A stretch of DNA of 64,000 bases from an uncultured delta proteobacterium (lineage in GTDB: Bacteria > Myxococcota_A > UBA9160 > UBA4427): the NCBI GenBank assembly GCA_963822965.1, contig CAWGJT010000005.1, positions 480,001-544,000 of the forward strand. The letters are read 5' to 3'. Of the stretch, positions 28,904 to 40,094 are shown piece by piece. Each line of letters starts with the position of its first letter. Position 1 is the first letter of the stretch. The position numbers and the translations under genes were made by a program. The notes beneath the pieces are model-generated. The model was given only the letters and a program-made list of their open reading frames with translations. It was not told where the DNA came from and made no database searches.

Positions 28904-29772
28904 GGGCGCCAGGGGAAGCGCGAGAAGTCGGGCTCGCGCTTCTGGTTGTAGGCGTCGCGACCCTCCTGGGCCTCTTCGTTCATGTAGAAGAGGAGCGTCG
29001 CGTTGCCCGCCAGCTCCTGGATGCCCGCCTGCCCGTCGAGCTCGGCGTTGAACGAGGCCTTGAGGCAGCGGATCGCCAGGGGGCTGTGCTGCAGCATCTG
29101 CTTCGCCCAGGCGACGCCCTCGCGCTCGAGCTCTTCGAGGGGCACCACGGCGTTGACGAGCCCCATGTCCAGGGCCTCACGGGCGTCGTACTGGCGGCAC
29201 AGGAACCAGATCTCCCGCGCCTTCTTCTGTCCGACGTGACGGGCGAGATACGAGGCTCCGAAGCCCCCGTCGAAGCTGCCCACGCGTGCGCCCGTCTGTC
29301 CGAACCGCGCGTTCTCGGCGGCGATCGTCAGGTCGCACACCACGTGCAGCACGTGACCACCGCCGATGGCGTAGCCCGCGACGAGCGCCACCACCGGCTT
29401 GGGAAGCGAGCGGATCGACTTCTGCAGGTCGAGCACGTTGAGCCGCGGCACGCCGTCGCCGCCCACGTAGCCCGCGTCACTGCGCACGCTCTGGTCACCG
29501 CCGGAGCAGAAGGCCAGGTCGCCCTGGCCGGTCAGGAGCACCACGCCGACGTCGGGCATCTCCCGCACCCGGGCGAAGGCGTCGATCAGCTCGGCGGTGG
29601 TCTCGGGCCGGAAGGCGTTGCGGACGTGGGGCCGGCAGATCGTGATCCGGGCGATCCCCTCTCCGTCGATGTCGAAGGCGATGTCGCGGTACTCGCGCAC
29701 CGGCTTCCACGAGGCGCCGGGGATCTGCTTCGTCTCGACGGGCCCTCCGGGACGGTCTTCGCTTGCGGTCAT
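28900..29772 (-). CDS. menB: 1,4-dihydroxy-2-naphthoyl-CoA synthase (in frame with upstream menH)
   Basis: [70 protein letters not shown]. Has its own AGGAGG SD before ATG 29772. Confidence 0.95.
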   Translation of the reverse strand: MTASEDRPGGPVETKQIPGASWKPVREYRDIAFDIDGEGIARITICRPHVRNAFRPETTAELIDAFARVREMPDVGVVLLTGQGDLAFCSGGDQSVRSDAGYVGGDGVPRLNVLDLQKSIRSLPKPVVALVAGYAIGGGHVLHVVCDLTIAAENARFGQTGARVGSFDGGFGASYLARHVGQKKAREIWFLCRQYDAREALDMGLVNAVVPLEELEREGVAWAKQMLQHSPLAIRCLKASFNAELDGQAGIQELAGNATLLFYMNEEAQEGRDAYNQKREPDFSRFPWRP

Positions 29773-30675
29773 CGTGCGTTCCTCCTGCTTCGGTTGGGGG
29801 TGAGGGCCGGACTCGACGCCGTCCAGGAAGCCGGCGACGCTCTCGGCGAAGCGGGCGGGCTCTTCCCAGTGGGCCGCGTGACCGGCGTTCTCGACGAGCG
29901 CGCACTGGGCGCGCGGCAGCCGTGGCTGCATCTGTCGGGCGATCTCGGCGAACTTCTCGTCCAGGGCGCCCGCCACCAGCAGGACCGGCTGCGCGATCTC
30001 GCCGAGGCGCTCGTGCAGGGGCGGCATGGCACCCGTGCCCATGCCGCGCAGGCTGCCGGCGAGGCCCTCGGCGCTGCCGCGCAGGCGCCACGCCCGCTCC
30101 GCGGCGAGGGCCGCGGCACCTCGCCGCGCCTGGGAGGCAAAGAGCGGCAGCGCCATCCATTCGTCGACGAATCGCTCGAGGCCGCGGTCGAGGATGCGCC
30201 GGGCCAGCGCCTCGTCGGCGGCGACGCGCGCCTCGCGCGCGTCGGCATCGGCGAGGCCCGGGCTCGCCCCGACGAGCACCAGCGAGGCCACGCGCGCCGG
30301 ATGCGCGACGGCGAGGGAGAGGGCGACGCGACCGCCCATCGAGTAGCCGAGCAGCTGAACCCGGGAGAGCGCGAGCGCGTCGAGCACCGCCGTCACCTGG
30401 GCGACGCAGGACGCCATCGAGTAGGCCGTCGGATCCGGAGGCGAATCGCTCTCTCCGTGTCCCACGAGGTCCACGGCGACGACCGGCCGGGCCCGCGACC
30501 CCGTCGAGAAGGCCCGCCCGACGTCCGCCATGCTCTCCACCCGACCGGTGAAGCCGTGCAGGACGAGAAGCGGCGTCCCGGGAAGGGTCGCGCCCTGGAC
30601 GCGCACCCGCAGTCGCACACCCCGCGCGGCCTCGACGAAGCGATCGGCTGCCAGGCTCGTCCCGGAGGCCATCAC
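29773..30675 (-). CDS. menH: SHCHC synthase, alpha/beta hydrolase (no stop before menB)
   Basis: [32 protein letters not shown]. Lies between menD and menB. Confidence 0.88.
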
Positions 30676-32570
30676 GGCCGCTCCCGCTCCGGCTCGGCCA
30701 CCGCGACGGCGGCGACCGCCGCCGCCATGGCACGAAACGCCTCGACGCTGGCGTCGCGGTCCACCCGCACGTGCACGAGGGTCGTTCCCGGGTACTGCGC
30801 CGCCTCCTTCAAGGCGGCGCGATAGTGCTCGAAGGAGCCGACCCGGTGGTACGCGAGCTGGAAGAGACGAGCCGCGTGGGCGAGATCCAGGCCGTGAGGC
30901 GTGCGGAACAGCGGCTCGAAGCCGACGCTGTCGCCGTGGGCTGCGATGGGCAGGAACGAGAAGATCCCGCCGCCGTCGTTGTCGAGCACGACGATCACCA
31001 GCTGCAGGCCGTGGCGGCGTGCGGCGAGCAGGCCTCCGAGATCGTGGAGGAAGGCGAGGTCACCCGTCAGCAGCACGGCGGGTCCCACGCCGGCGGCGGC
31101 CGCGCCGAGGGCACTCGAGGTCACGCCGTCGATGCCGTTCGCGCCGCGATTCGCGAGCACCCGGACGCGCTCGCACGAGATGGGCATCACCGCATCCAGG
31201 TGTCGGATGGGCATGCTGTTCGAGACCGTGAGCAGCGCGCCCCCCGGCAGCGCCTCCACCAGCTCGCGCACCAGGCGGGGCTCGAGCAGGCGATCGTCGC
31301 CGGCGAGCGAGCGCGCCACCGCGGCCCCGGCGCGCGCGTCGGCCGCGCGCCATGCCTCGCACCACGCCCGGCGCGCCGTCCCGCGTCCCTCCGCGGGCCG
31401 ATCCTCGCCGCAGGAGCCACCGGTGCCGTCCGCACCCGGGGCGAGGGTCGCCACCACCTCCTCGCAGAGGGCTCGCGGATCGGCCGCGAGCACCCGGGAG
31501 GCCAGGTGGCTGGGGTCGCTCCAGCCGCCTTCGCCGTCCACCACCACCAGCTCCCGGGGCGGGCGTCGCTCGAGCCACAGCCGGAAGGCCTTGCTCACGG
31601 GCGTGGACCCGAAGCGCAGCACCAGGTCCGGTGCGTAGCGCTCCGCGAAGCCGTCACAGCGCAGCAGCAGCTCGCCGTTCGCGACGATCGTCGCGGTCTT
31701 CGGCGCTCCGGCGCCGGCGCGGAGCCCCGACGCGGGATCCGCCAGAATCGGCCAGCCGGTGGCGCCCGCCAGGGAGAGCAGCGCCGCGGCCGTCTCGGCG
31801 TCCGCGTCGAGGGGGCCGCAGGCGATGACGCCCCGCACGTGGGCAAGGGCGAGATCGCACAGCGCCGAGACGACCCGGGGCGTCGGGCGTGCCGCGCCCG
31901 AGGAGGCCTGGGTCCAGGCGGCCGCCCCCCGGCCGGCCCGGGCCTGCGGATCCGCCACCGTCGTGCGGGGCGCGACGGTGGGCTCGAGGGGCTCGCGCAG
32001 GGGCCAGTTCAGGTGCACGGGTCCCGGCGCGGCCCGCTGGCCGCGGCTCTCGGCAACGGCACGCGACGCCAGGCTGCGCGCGTAGCGGAGGAGATCGGTG
32101 GTCGCGCCGGGAAGGGGCAGCTCGGCGAACCAGCGCACCTGGCTGCCGAAGAGCTTCAGCTGGTCGATGGTCTGCCCGGCGTCCCAGTCGCGCAGCTCCG
32201 GGGGACGGTCGGCCGTCAGCACCACCAGCGACTGCCGCGCGTGGGCGGCCTCGACCACCGCCGGCAGGTAGTTCGCTGCCGCCGTGCCGGACGTACAGAC
32301 GAGCGCCACGGGCTCCCGCAACGCCCGCGCCAGGCCCAGTGCGAAGAACCCCGCCGAGCGCTCGTCGACGTGCACCCAGCAGGACAGCCCCGGCTGTCGG
32401 AACGCCGCCACCGCGAGGGGCGTCGACCGCGACCCGGGCGACACACAGACATGGCGAACGCCCGAGGCCGACAGCTCCGCGAAGAAGGCCCCGACGAACG
32501 CATACGTGTCGTTGGGCGCGGCCTCGACGGCGCTTCCGGCAGCCCGCGCGACGCTCGGCGCGTGGGACAT
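30672..32570 (-). CDS. menD: SEPHCHC synthase (ThDP-dependent)
   Basis: [82 protein letters not shown]. Confidence 0.96.
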   Translation of the reverse strand: MSHAPSVARAAGSAVEAAPNDTYAFVGAFFAELSASGVRHVCVSPGSRSTPLAVAAFRQPGLSCWVHVDERSAGFFALGLARALREPVALVCTSGTAAANYLPAVVEAAHARQSLVVLTADRPPELRDWDAGQTIDQLKLFGSQVRWFAELPLPGATTDLLRYARSLASRAVAESRGQRAAPGPVHLNWPLREPLEPTVAPRTTVADPQARAGRGAAAWTQASSGAARPTPRVVSALCDLALAHVRGVIACGPLDADAETAAALLSLAGATGWPILADPASGLRAGAGAPKTATIVANGELLLRCDGFAERYAPDLVLRFGSTPVSKAFRLWLERRPPRELVVVDGEGGWSDPSHLASRVLAADPRALCEEVVATLAPGADGTGGSCGEDRPAEGRGTARRAWCEAWRAADARAGAAVARSLAGDDRLLEPRLVRELVEALPGGALLTVSNSMPIRHLDAVMPISCERVRVLANRGANGIDGVTSSALGAAAAGVGPAVLLTGDLAFLHDLGGLLAARRHGLQLVIVVLDNDGGGIFSFLPIAAHGDSVGFEPLFRTPHGLDLAHAARLFQLAYHRVGSFEHYRAALKEAAQYPGTTLVHVRVDRDASVEAFRAMAAAVAAVAVAEPERERP

Positions 32571-32574
32571 CCAG

Positions 32575-32772
32575 CTAGTGTCCTGTCCCAGAAGTTCGCT
32601 TGCATTCGGCCGCCCCCGCGGCCCGCTGTCGGCGTTGCGCTCCCGTCGCCGTAGCGCGGCTATGCCTCGGTCGCGCGCCTTGGCAGCGGGCCGCGGGCGC
32701 GTCCTCGGTGCACACCGAGACAGATCGAAGGGGCGTCGACTTCGACAGCGAACTTCTGGAACAGGACACTAG
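32575..32772. mobile_element. MITE-like element B (~190 bp plus CTAG duplication)
   Basis: CTAGTGTCCTGTCCCAGAAGTTCGCT / AGCGAACTTCTGGAACAGGACACTAG (25/26 inverted match). The right CTAG contains the menF TAG. Confidence 0.9.
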
Positions 32773-34343
32773 ATCTCCGTGAGCGGGGCCAGCAGCGCCC
32801 GCAGCTTGATGCGCGTCTCCTCGAGCTCCTGCTCGGGGTGCGAGTCCGCCACGATGCCGCCGCCCGAGAAGAGCAGCGCCTCCTCGAAGCCCGGCGCGTC
32901 CGGCACGTCGCACGCTTCCGGGCGCGCGGCGCGGAGCAATCCGGAACGCAGGGCGACGCGCAGCTCCCCGTCACCCGCGGCGTCCACGAAGCCCACGGGC
33001 CCCGCGTACCAGCCGCGATCGAGCCCTTCGCAGCGCTCGATCCAGGCGAGCGCCGGCTGGCGCGGCGCCCCCGCCACCGCCGGCGTGGGGTGCAGCCGCC
33101 CGGCGAGCGCCAGCAGCGAGGGCCAGCGGCCGGCGGCCGAGCTCCCGTCGCCGGGCGTCTCCTGGAGGCGACCGAGGATCGGTGTCTCGAGGTGCTGGAT
33201 CCCTTCGATGCGCATCAGCCGCGGCGCCTCGAGCACCTCGAGGTCGCGGCACACGGGCGCAAGCGCCTCGGAGACGGCGCGCACCACGAAGGCGTGCTCC
33301 TCCTGGTCCTTCTTGCTCTCCAGCAGGGCGCGCCCGAGGCGCGCATCCTCCTCCGGCGTGCGACCCCGGGGCGCCGACCCGGCGACCGCGCCAGAGCGCA
33401 CGCGCGGCCCGGCGCGCGCCACCAGCAGCTCCGGGGTGGCGCCCAGGAAGCAGGCGTCCCCGCGCGCCACCGCGAACGTCACGCAGTCGGGATAGAGCCC
33501 CTCGAGGCGCCGCAGCAGCCCGCCCCGATCGAAGCGACCCTCGTGACGCACCGACAGGGTCCGCGCCAGCACGACCTTCTCGAAGTCACCCGCCGCGATC
33601 GCGCGCCGCGCCGAAGACACCTGGGCGCGGTAGTCCGCGTGGGAGCGATCCGCACGCACCCGATACTCGGGACCGCGCGTCATGCCGACGGGTCCCTCGC
33701 GCTCGAAGCCGCAGTCGAGCCCCCGCGCCGGGGCAGCCGACTCGCTCCCGAAGAGCGCCTCGAGCAGGCGGCGGACCCGCAGCAGCGCCGGTGCGAGCCG
33801 ACCCTCGGGCCCGGGCTCCAGGACGGGCGCGAAGACCAGGCTCAGCCAGGCCTCGTCACCCCGGCGCACGACCGTGACTTCCGGCAGCACGAGCCGGGCG
33901 GGTGGGAAGCCGCGCCAGACGCCGTCGGACGGCGGCGACGCCGCGAACGAGAAGCCGCCCACGAGAAGCGGTCCCCGTCCGGCGCCGCCCACCTCGCCGC
34001 CTTCGCGCTCGTGGGATCCGAACACCGGGAGCGACGCGAAGAGCCGCTGCGCGGCCGCCGCGGCTTCGCGGAACCGGTCCGGCCCGCGGGTCTCCACCAC
34101 CGCGCGCGCCCCGACCCCCAGCAACGCGAAGCCATCGGCCGGCCGGCTCCAGTAGAAGCGATCCGCCGGCAGGGCGGCCGCCTGCTCGACGAAGCCCGCC
34201 CGGAGGTCCAGCGGACGCGCTCGCGCCGGCAGCCTCACGCGCGCCGCGCGCAGCGCGTCGCCGCGGTCCGCGGGCCCGGTCTCCAGGGCACGCCCGAGCT
34301 GCGCCAGCACCTCGTTCACATCGAGACCGTCCGCGGCGCTCAC
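32769..34343 (-). CDS. menF: Isochorismate synthase
   Basis: KVVLAR, FLGATPELL, AVAGSAPRG, KDQEEH, IQHLET, LHPTPAVAGAP, RGWYAGPVG, GGGIVADS, ETRIK. GTG start overlaps the menG stop. Confidence 0.92.
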   Translation of the reverse strand: MSAADGLDVNEVLAQLGRALETGPADRGDALRAARVRLPARARPLDLRAGFVEQAAALPADRFYWSRPADGFALLGVGARAVVETRGPDRFREAAAAAQRLFASLPVFGSHEREGGEVGGAGRGPLLVGGFSFAASPPSDGVWRGFPPARLVLPEVTVVRRGDEAWLSLVFAPVLEPGPEGRLAPALLRVRRLLEALFGSESAAPARGLDCGFEREGPVGMTRGPEYRVRADRSHADYRAQVSSARRAIAAGDFEKVVLARTLSVRHEGRFDRGGLLRRLEGLYPDCVTFAVARGDACFLGATPELLVARAGPRVRSGAVAGSAPRGRTPEEDARLGRALLESKKDQEEHAFVVRAVSEALAPVCRDLEVLEAPRLMRIEGIQHLETPILGRLQETPGDGSSAAGRWPSLLALAGRLHPTPAVAGAPRQPALAWIERCEGLDRGWYAGPVGFVDAAGDGELRVALRSGLLRAARPEACDVPDAPGFEEALLFSGGGIVADSHPEQELEETRIKLRALLAPLTEI

Positions 34344-35047
34344 GAGCGGACCGCCGTCCAGATCTGCGCGCTGCCCAGCAGCAGGGACCGACGCGCGACG
34401 GCCCCGAAGCCGGCGTCCTCGATGAGGCCGCGAAGCATCGGCGGCGGGGGTAGATAGTCGGTGGAGCGCGGCAGGTAGGCATAGGCGTCCCGGTCCGACA
34501 GCAGCCCCCCGAGCCGGGGGACCAGGCGGTCGAACCAGGCGGAGTGGACCGCGCGCACCGCCGCCCCCGACGGCCGGTCCACGTCGATCAGCGCCAGCCG
34601 GCCGCCGGGAACGAGGACCCGCGCGAGCTCGGCGAGCACGTCGGGCAGGCTCACGAAGTTTCGAAGCGCGAATCCGCAGGTGACGACCGTGAGGCTCGCG
34701 TCGCGCACGGGCAGCGCCGCCCCGTCGCCCTGGACGAAGGAGCTCCCCGGGAGTCGGACGCTGCCCGCCCGCAGCATTCCGCGCGCGAAGTCGATCCCAT
34801 AGGCACGCTGGCACCGGGACGCCGCCATCTCGAGCAGGTCGCCGGTACCGCATGCGACGTCGAGCACCCGATCCGAAGCGCCGACCTCCACCAGATCCAG
34901 GGTGAGCTTGCGCCACCGTTGGTCGAGCCCGGCGGTGAAGAGCCGGTTCAGCAGGTCGTAGCGGGGTGCGATGCGGTCGAACATCGCACGAACCGCCCTG
35001 CGCTTCTCGGCGCCGCTCGGAAGCGGCGCCGCCGGGGTCAGCGCCAC
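34340..35047 (-). CDS. menG: Demethylmenaquinone methyltransferase (UbiE/MenG)
   Basis: VRAMFDRIAPRYDLLN, LDVACGTGD, FALRN, AYAYLPRS. Confidence 0.9.
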   Translation of the reverse strand: MALTPAAPLPSGAEKRRAVRAMFDRIAPRYDLLNRLFTAGLDQRWRKLTLDLVEVGASDRVLDVACGTGDLLEMAASRCQRAYGIDFARGMLRAGSVRLPGSSFVQGDGAALPVRDASLTVVTCGFALRNFVSLPDVLAELARVLVPGGRLALIDVDRPSGAAVRAVHSAWFDRLVPRLGGLLSDRDAYAYLPRSTDYLPPPPMLRGLIEDAGFGAVARRSLLLGSAQIWTAVRS

Positions 35048-35826
35048 GACACCTCCAGCCGCGCGGACTCCGTGGCGGCCAGCGCCGCCTGCAGGGCCTC
35101 GCTGTCGCCGCTGGCGCGCACGCGCTCGAGGGCGCGATTGACCAGGGTGCGCTGGAAGTGCAGCGCGACGAGCCGGGTGACGTGCGGCAGCAGCGTCTGG
35201 AAGGCGTGCGCGATCGAGTCGCTCTCCGCGTCCGCGCGCTTGCGCACGTGGTCGTCGAACAGATCGATGCCGCGGTCGGCCACCTCCATCACGTGGCGGG
35301 CGTGGAGCACCGCCAGGTTCAGCAGCTCGTCCAGCGGAAAGCCCTGGCCCAGGATCGAGAGCCCGGCGCGTGCCATGTCGAGGTCGGCCTCGGTGAAGCG
35401 CGGCTCGCCGCCGACGTTCACCGGCTCGACCAGGCCGGCGCTCTCGATGGCCGAGATCAACGCCTCGGGGACGCCGGCTTCGGCGGCCAGCTCGGCGCGG
35501 CTCAGGGTGCGACTGCCGACGGTCTCCTCGGCGAGCGCCTGCAACAGATCGGCCGGGGCGCCGCCGCTTCGCCGCGAGCCGCCCTGCCCTCCGCGACCCC
35601 CCGGCTCTCGCGCCTCGCGCTCGAGCAGCTTGCGGATCTGCGCCAGGCTGAAGCCCTCGTCCAGCAGCCCACGGACCCGCCGGAGAGCCTGCAGGTGTGC
35701 GTCGTCGTAGATCGCGGTACGCCCCCGACGCCGGGGCGTGGGGATGAGCCCCTTGCCCTGGTAGAAGCGGATCGTGTCCACCCGCACACCCGCGATCTCG
35801 GCCAGCTGCTCGACCCGATATTCCAT
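35038..35826 (-). CDS. MerR-family transcriptional regulator with two HTH domains
   Basis: YRVEQLAEIAGVRVDTIRFYQGKGLI...GFSLAQI, plus a second HTH LSRAELAAEAGVPEALISAIESAGLV. Overlaps the menG start. Confidence 0.88.
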   Translation of the reverse strand: MEYRVEQLAEIAGVRVDTIRFYQGKGLIPTPRRRGRTAIYDDAHLQALRRVRGLLDEGFSLAQIRKLLEREAREPGGRGGQGGSRRSGGAPADLLQALAEETVGSRTLSRAELAAEAGVPEALISAIESAGLVEPVNVGGEPRFTEADLDMARAGLSILGQGFPLDELLNLAVLHARHVMEVADRGIDLFDDHVRKRADAESDSIAHAFQTLLPHVTRLVALHFQRTLVNRALERVRASGDSEALQAALAATESARLEVSWR

Positions 35827-35832
35827 CCTCTC

Positions 35833-35861
35833 ATTCTAAGAGTAATTACTCGCACTGTCAC
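35833..35861 (-). promoter_or_regulatory. Sigma70-type promoter with palindromic operator for the merR-men operon
   Basis: GTGACA-17 bp-TAGAAT, ending 6 nt before the ATG. Perfect palindrome GAGTAATTACTC (35840-35851) inside the spacer. Confidence 0.75.
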
Positions 35862-35902
35862 GCCACACCGGGCCAACAGAAGACCTTCCCCTTTTTTTTC
35901 AG

Positions 35903-36664
35903 CTAGTTGGAGTCAGCAGAGCGGACGATCCCGGCGAAGCGCCGCAGCACCGCCGACCCGTGCGGGCTATCCAGGGCCTCGCGCTCGAGACGCTCGGGAT
36001 CGAGGCCCTCGTCCCGGAGCACGTCCGCCCGGGCACGCAGGTAGCCGCGGATCACGTCCGCATCGAACTCCGGGTGGAACTGCACGCCCCAGGCGTGCGG
36101 CCGGGCGCGGCCGGGTGCGCGCCAGGAGAAGGCGTGATGCGGGTCCGCTTCGCTCGAGCCGAGCAGGACGGCACCATCCGGCAGGCGCAGCACCGACTCG
36201 AGGTGCGTGGCCTGGACCACCAGCGTCCGGGGCAGCCCGCCGAGCAGGGGGTCGCGCAGCGAGATCGCCGGGCCCACGTCGACCTGCACGGTGCCGATCT
36301 CGCGCCCGCGCGGGTTCCGACCCACGCGCCCGCCGAGGGCCTGGGCGAGCAGCTGGTGGCCGTAGCAGATCCCGAGCACCGGCGTACCGGCGGCCACGAC
36401 GGGCACGAGCCAGCGTCCGGTGGCCGTGCTCCAGGGCTCGCCCTCGGACACGAAGGCCGCCGACCCGGTGACGACGACACCCGCCACCCCGTGCGGTTCG
36501 GGCAGGGGCTCCCCCGCCTGCACGTCGACGACGAGAGCCGCGGGAGCCTCCTCGACATCGATTCCCATGCCCCGGACGATCCAGTCCTCGAAGTCGCCCC
36601 GGCGGTCTCGCACCGCGGCCTCGGCGCTGCCGGTCTTCACGATCAGCAGACGGCGTCCGCTCAC
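35903..36664 (-). CDS. Class I glutamine amidotransferase-like protein
   Basis: GVVVTGS, VLGICYGHQLLA, GVQFHPE. GTG start overlaps the trmH-family stop. Confidence 0.88.
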   Translation of the reverse strand: MSGRRLLIVKTGSAEAAVRDRRGDFEDWIVRGMGIDVEEAPAALVVDVQAGEPLPEPHGVAGVVVTGSAAFVSEGEPWSTATGRWLVPVVAAGTPVLGICYGHQLLAQALGGRVGRNPRGREIGTVQVDVGPAISLRDPLLGGLPRTLVVQATHLESVLRLPDGAVLLGSSEADPHHAFSWRAPGRARPHAWGVQFHPEFDADVIRGYLRARADVLRDEGLDPERLEREALDSPHGSAVLRRFAGIVRSADSN

Positions 36665-37488
36665 GTGCGGTCGCCCGCGCCGAACAGGTGGTGCAACGCG
36701 ATACCGGCGGCGGTAGCCACGTTCAGTGAGTCGAAGCCCTCGCGCATCGGGATGCGGACCCGCGCGTCGGCCCGGGCGAGCGCAGCCGGGGAGAGGCCCG
36801 CTCCCTCGGTCCCCAGCAGCAGCGCCACGCGACCTCCGCCCGTGTCGAGAGGGCGCTCTCCCGCCAGCGCAACGTCTCCGTGCGGGTGGAGCGCGACCAG
36901 CCGATAGCTCGCCCCGCGCAGCACCTCGAGATCCGCGGGCCAATCCGCCAGCCGGGCCGACGGCACGCAGAGCGCGGCTCCCATGGAGACCCGGATCGCC
37001 TTCCGGTAGAGCGGGTCGCAGCAGCGGGGGCACAGCAGCACCGCGTCCACACCGAACGCCATGGCGTTGCGGAACACGGCCCCGACGTTGTCCGGGTCCG
37101 ACAGCCCTTCGAGCACGACCAGCCGCGAGGGACGCCCGGGCGGGGCGAGCAGCGTGTCGAGCGCGACCGGCTCCGGCCGGTCGCAGACGGCGAGACAGCC
37201 GCGGTGAACGTCGAAGCCCGCGATCCCGTCGAGCACCCCGCGCGGCGCCACGTACACGGGGACCTCCGGCGCGAGACGGGCGAGCGCGTCGGAGAGGGCT
37301 TCGCGGGCGGTCGGGGAGAGCAGCAGCGAGCGCGGCCGGTAGGCCGAATCCTCGATCAGCCGGCGTACGTTGGCGCGCCCTTCCACCATGAAGCGGGAGC
37401 GAGCGCGCAGCAGCTCGGCGTCGCGCACGTCCCGATAGTCGGCGACCCGGGCGTCGGAGATGGAGTCGATGGGAAAGACCGCGGGCAC
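36661..37488 (-). CDS. TrmH/SpoU family RNA methyltransferase
   Basis: DPDNVGAVFRNA, LGTEGAGL, IPM...DSLNVATA (SPOUT motifs). Confidence 0.9.
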   Translation of the reverse strand: MPAVFPIDSISDARVADYRDVRDAELLRARSRFMVEGRANVRRLIEDSAYRPRSLLLSPTAREALSDALARLAPEVPVYVAPRGVLDGIAGFDVHRGCLAVCDRPEPVALDTLLAPPGRPSRLVVLEGLSDPDNVGAVFRNAMAFGVDAVLLCPRCCDPLYRKAIRVSMGAALCVPSARLADWPADLEVLRGASYRLVALHPHGDVALAGERPLDTGGGRVALLLGTEGAGLSPAALARADARVRIPMREGFDSLNVATAAGIALHHLFGAGDRT

Positions 37489-37520
37489 GGGGGTCGGGAA
37501 GGCCAGAACCTGCTCGCCGG

Positions 37521-37614
37521 AGCTGCTCGAAGCTGCCTGGAGCTGCTCGAGGCTGCCTAGAGCTGCTCGAGGCTGCCTAGAGCTGCGAAGCTGCCTAGAG
37601 CTGCTTGAAGCTGC

Positions 37615-37629
<15 letters not shown>
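37521..37629 (-). repeat. ~5.5 x 20-bp tandem duplication of the fumarate hydratase 3' end
   Basis: Units AGCTGCT(C/T)GA(A/G)GCTGCCT(A/G)G on the + strand. On the gene strand the unit is TTCAAGCAGCTCTAGGCAGC (FKQL-stop plus 5 nt). Confidence 0.9.
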
Positions 37630-39234
<1,605 letters not shown>

Positions 39235-39258
39235 CGGGGGGAGTCCTCGCCTCGGCGC

Positions 39259-39924
39259 TCAGCCGACGGTCAGGTAGCGATAGGTCAGCTCGGCGAACTC
39301 TTCGACCAGCCGCCTGCGCTCGCCCTCTTCCAGCCGCGGCTCGCGACTGAGGCGCGACATCACGCACAAGAAGAGATCGTGGAGCAGGGATGCACCCGAT
39401 TCGACGTCGACCTCCGGACGAACGATGCCGAGGGTCTGGCCTTTCACGATGTCGGACCTCAGCAGGCTGCGGAAGTAGGCCTCGATGACCTGGCACCGGG
39501 CATCGACCTCGGGATCCCGCCGGGCCAGGCTCCAGGCGACGGTGAAGACCCCGGGGTGGTCCTGGCGCAGCAGGTGGACGGCCCAGATCGCCTTCGCCAG
39601 CCCCGCCCGGAAATCCTCCGCGCCGTAGGCCGCCGCCAGGGGACCCCCGTGATCGCCCACGGTGCCGTCCGCGCGCCGGCTGGCCAGGTAGCCGTCGAGC
39701 AGCGCCAGGAAGATGGCCCGCTTGTCGGCGAAGTGGTGGTAGACCGTCCCCACGCCGACGCCGGCTGCACCCGCCACGTCCGCGATGGACGTGCCGTCGT
39801 AGCCGTTGGTGCCGAACAGCTTCTCGGCGGCGGCGAGGACCTTCTGGCGGGTTTCGTGGCCCCGCGACTGGGTTCGCTGGGTCGATGGAACCGACTCGAT
39901 GGCGGGGGGCTCGCTGCGCTCCAT
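39259..39924 (-). CDS. TetR/AcrR family transcriptional regulator
   Basis: TRQKVLAAAEKLF...GTSIADVAGAAGVGVGTVYHHFADK HTH. Confidence 0.92.
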   Translation of the reverse strand: MERSEPPAIESVPSTQRTQSRGHETRQKVLAAAEKLFGTNGYDGTSIADVAGAAGVGVGTVYHHFADKRAIFLALLDGYLASRRADGTVGDHGGPLAAAYGAEDFRAGLAKAIWAVHLLRQDHPGVFTVAWSLARRDPEVDARCQVIEAYFRSLLRSDIVKGQTLGIVRPEVDVESGASLLHDLFLCVMSRLSREPRLEEGERRRLVEEFAELTYRYLTVG

Positions 39925-39932
39925 GGCCTGCG

Positions 39933-39962
39933 AGCCTACGACCCCCCAAATAGGGGGTCAAG
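39933..39962 (-). promoter_or_regulatory. tetR promoter with overlapping inverted repeat
   Basis: TTGACC-17 bp-TAGGCT, ending 8 nt before the ATG. GACCCCC-N6-GGGGGTC dyad over the -35 and spacer. Confidence 0.6.
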
Positions 39963-40050
39963 CGGGTGGATCCCCGGGAGCGCGGATCCAGAAGACCCAC
40001 CACCCGCAGGCGATCCCCGACGCAGTAGAATGGCCCACCGGAGACAAAAC

Positions 40051-40075
40051 GAGCTCTCACCCACGAGAGCTCTCG
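40051..40075. promoter_or_regulatory. Candidate operator upstream of the BadI-like gene
   Basis: GAGCTCTC-N6-GAGAGCTC plus overlapping CGAGAGCTCTCG palindrome, downstream of TAGAAT (40026-40031). Confidence 0.45.
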
Positions 40076-40094
40076 CCATGCAAAGTGGGGCGAA

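Noticed and set aside
35889..35900. T8 run as an intrinsic terminator
   Set aside because: No preceding stem, and it is on the strand opposite to the local genes. At most an upstream A-tract for the merR promoter.
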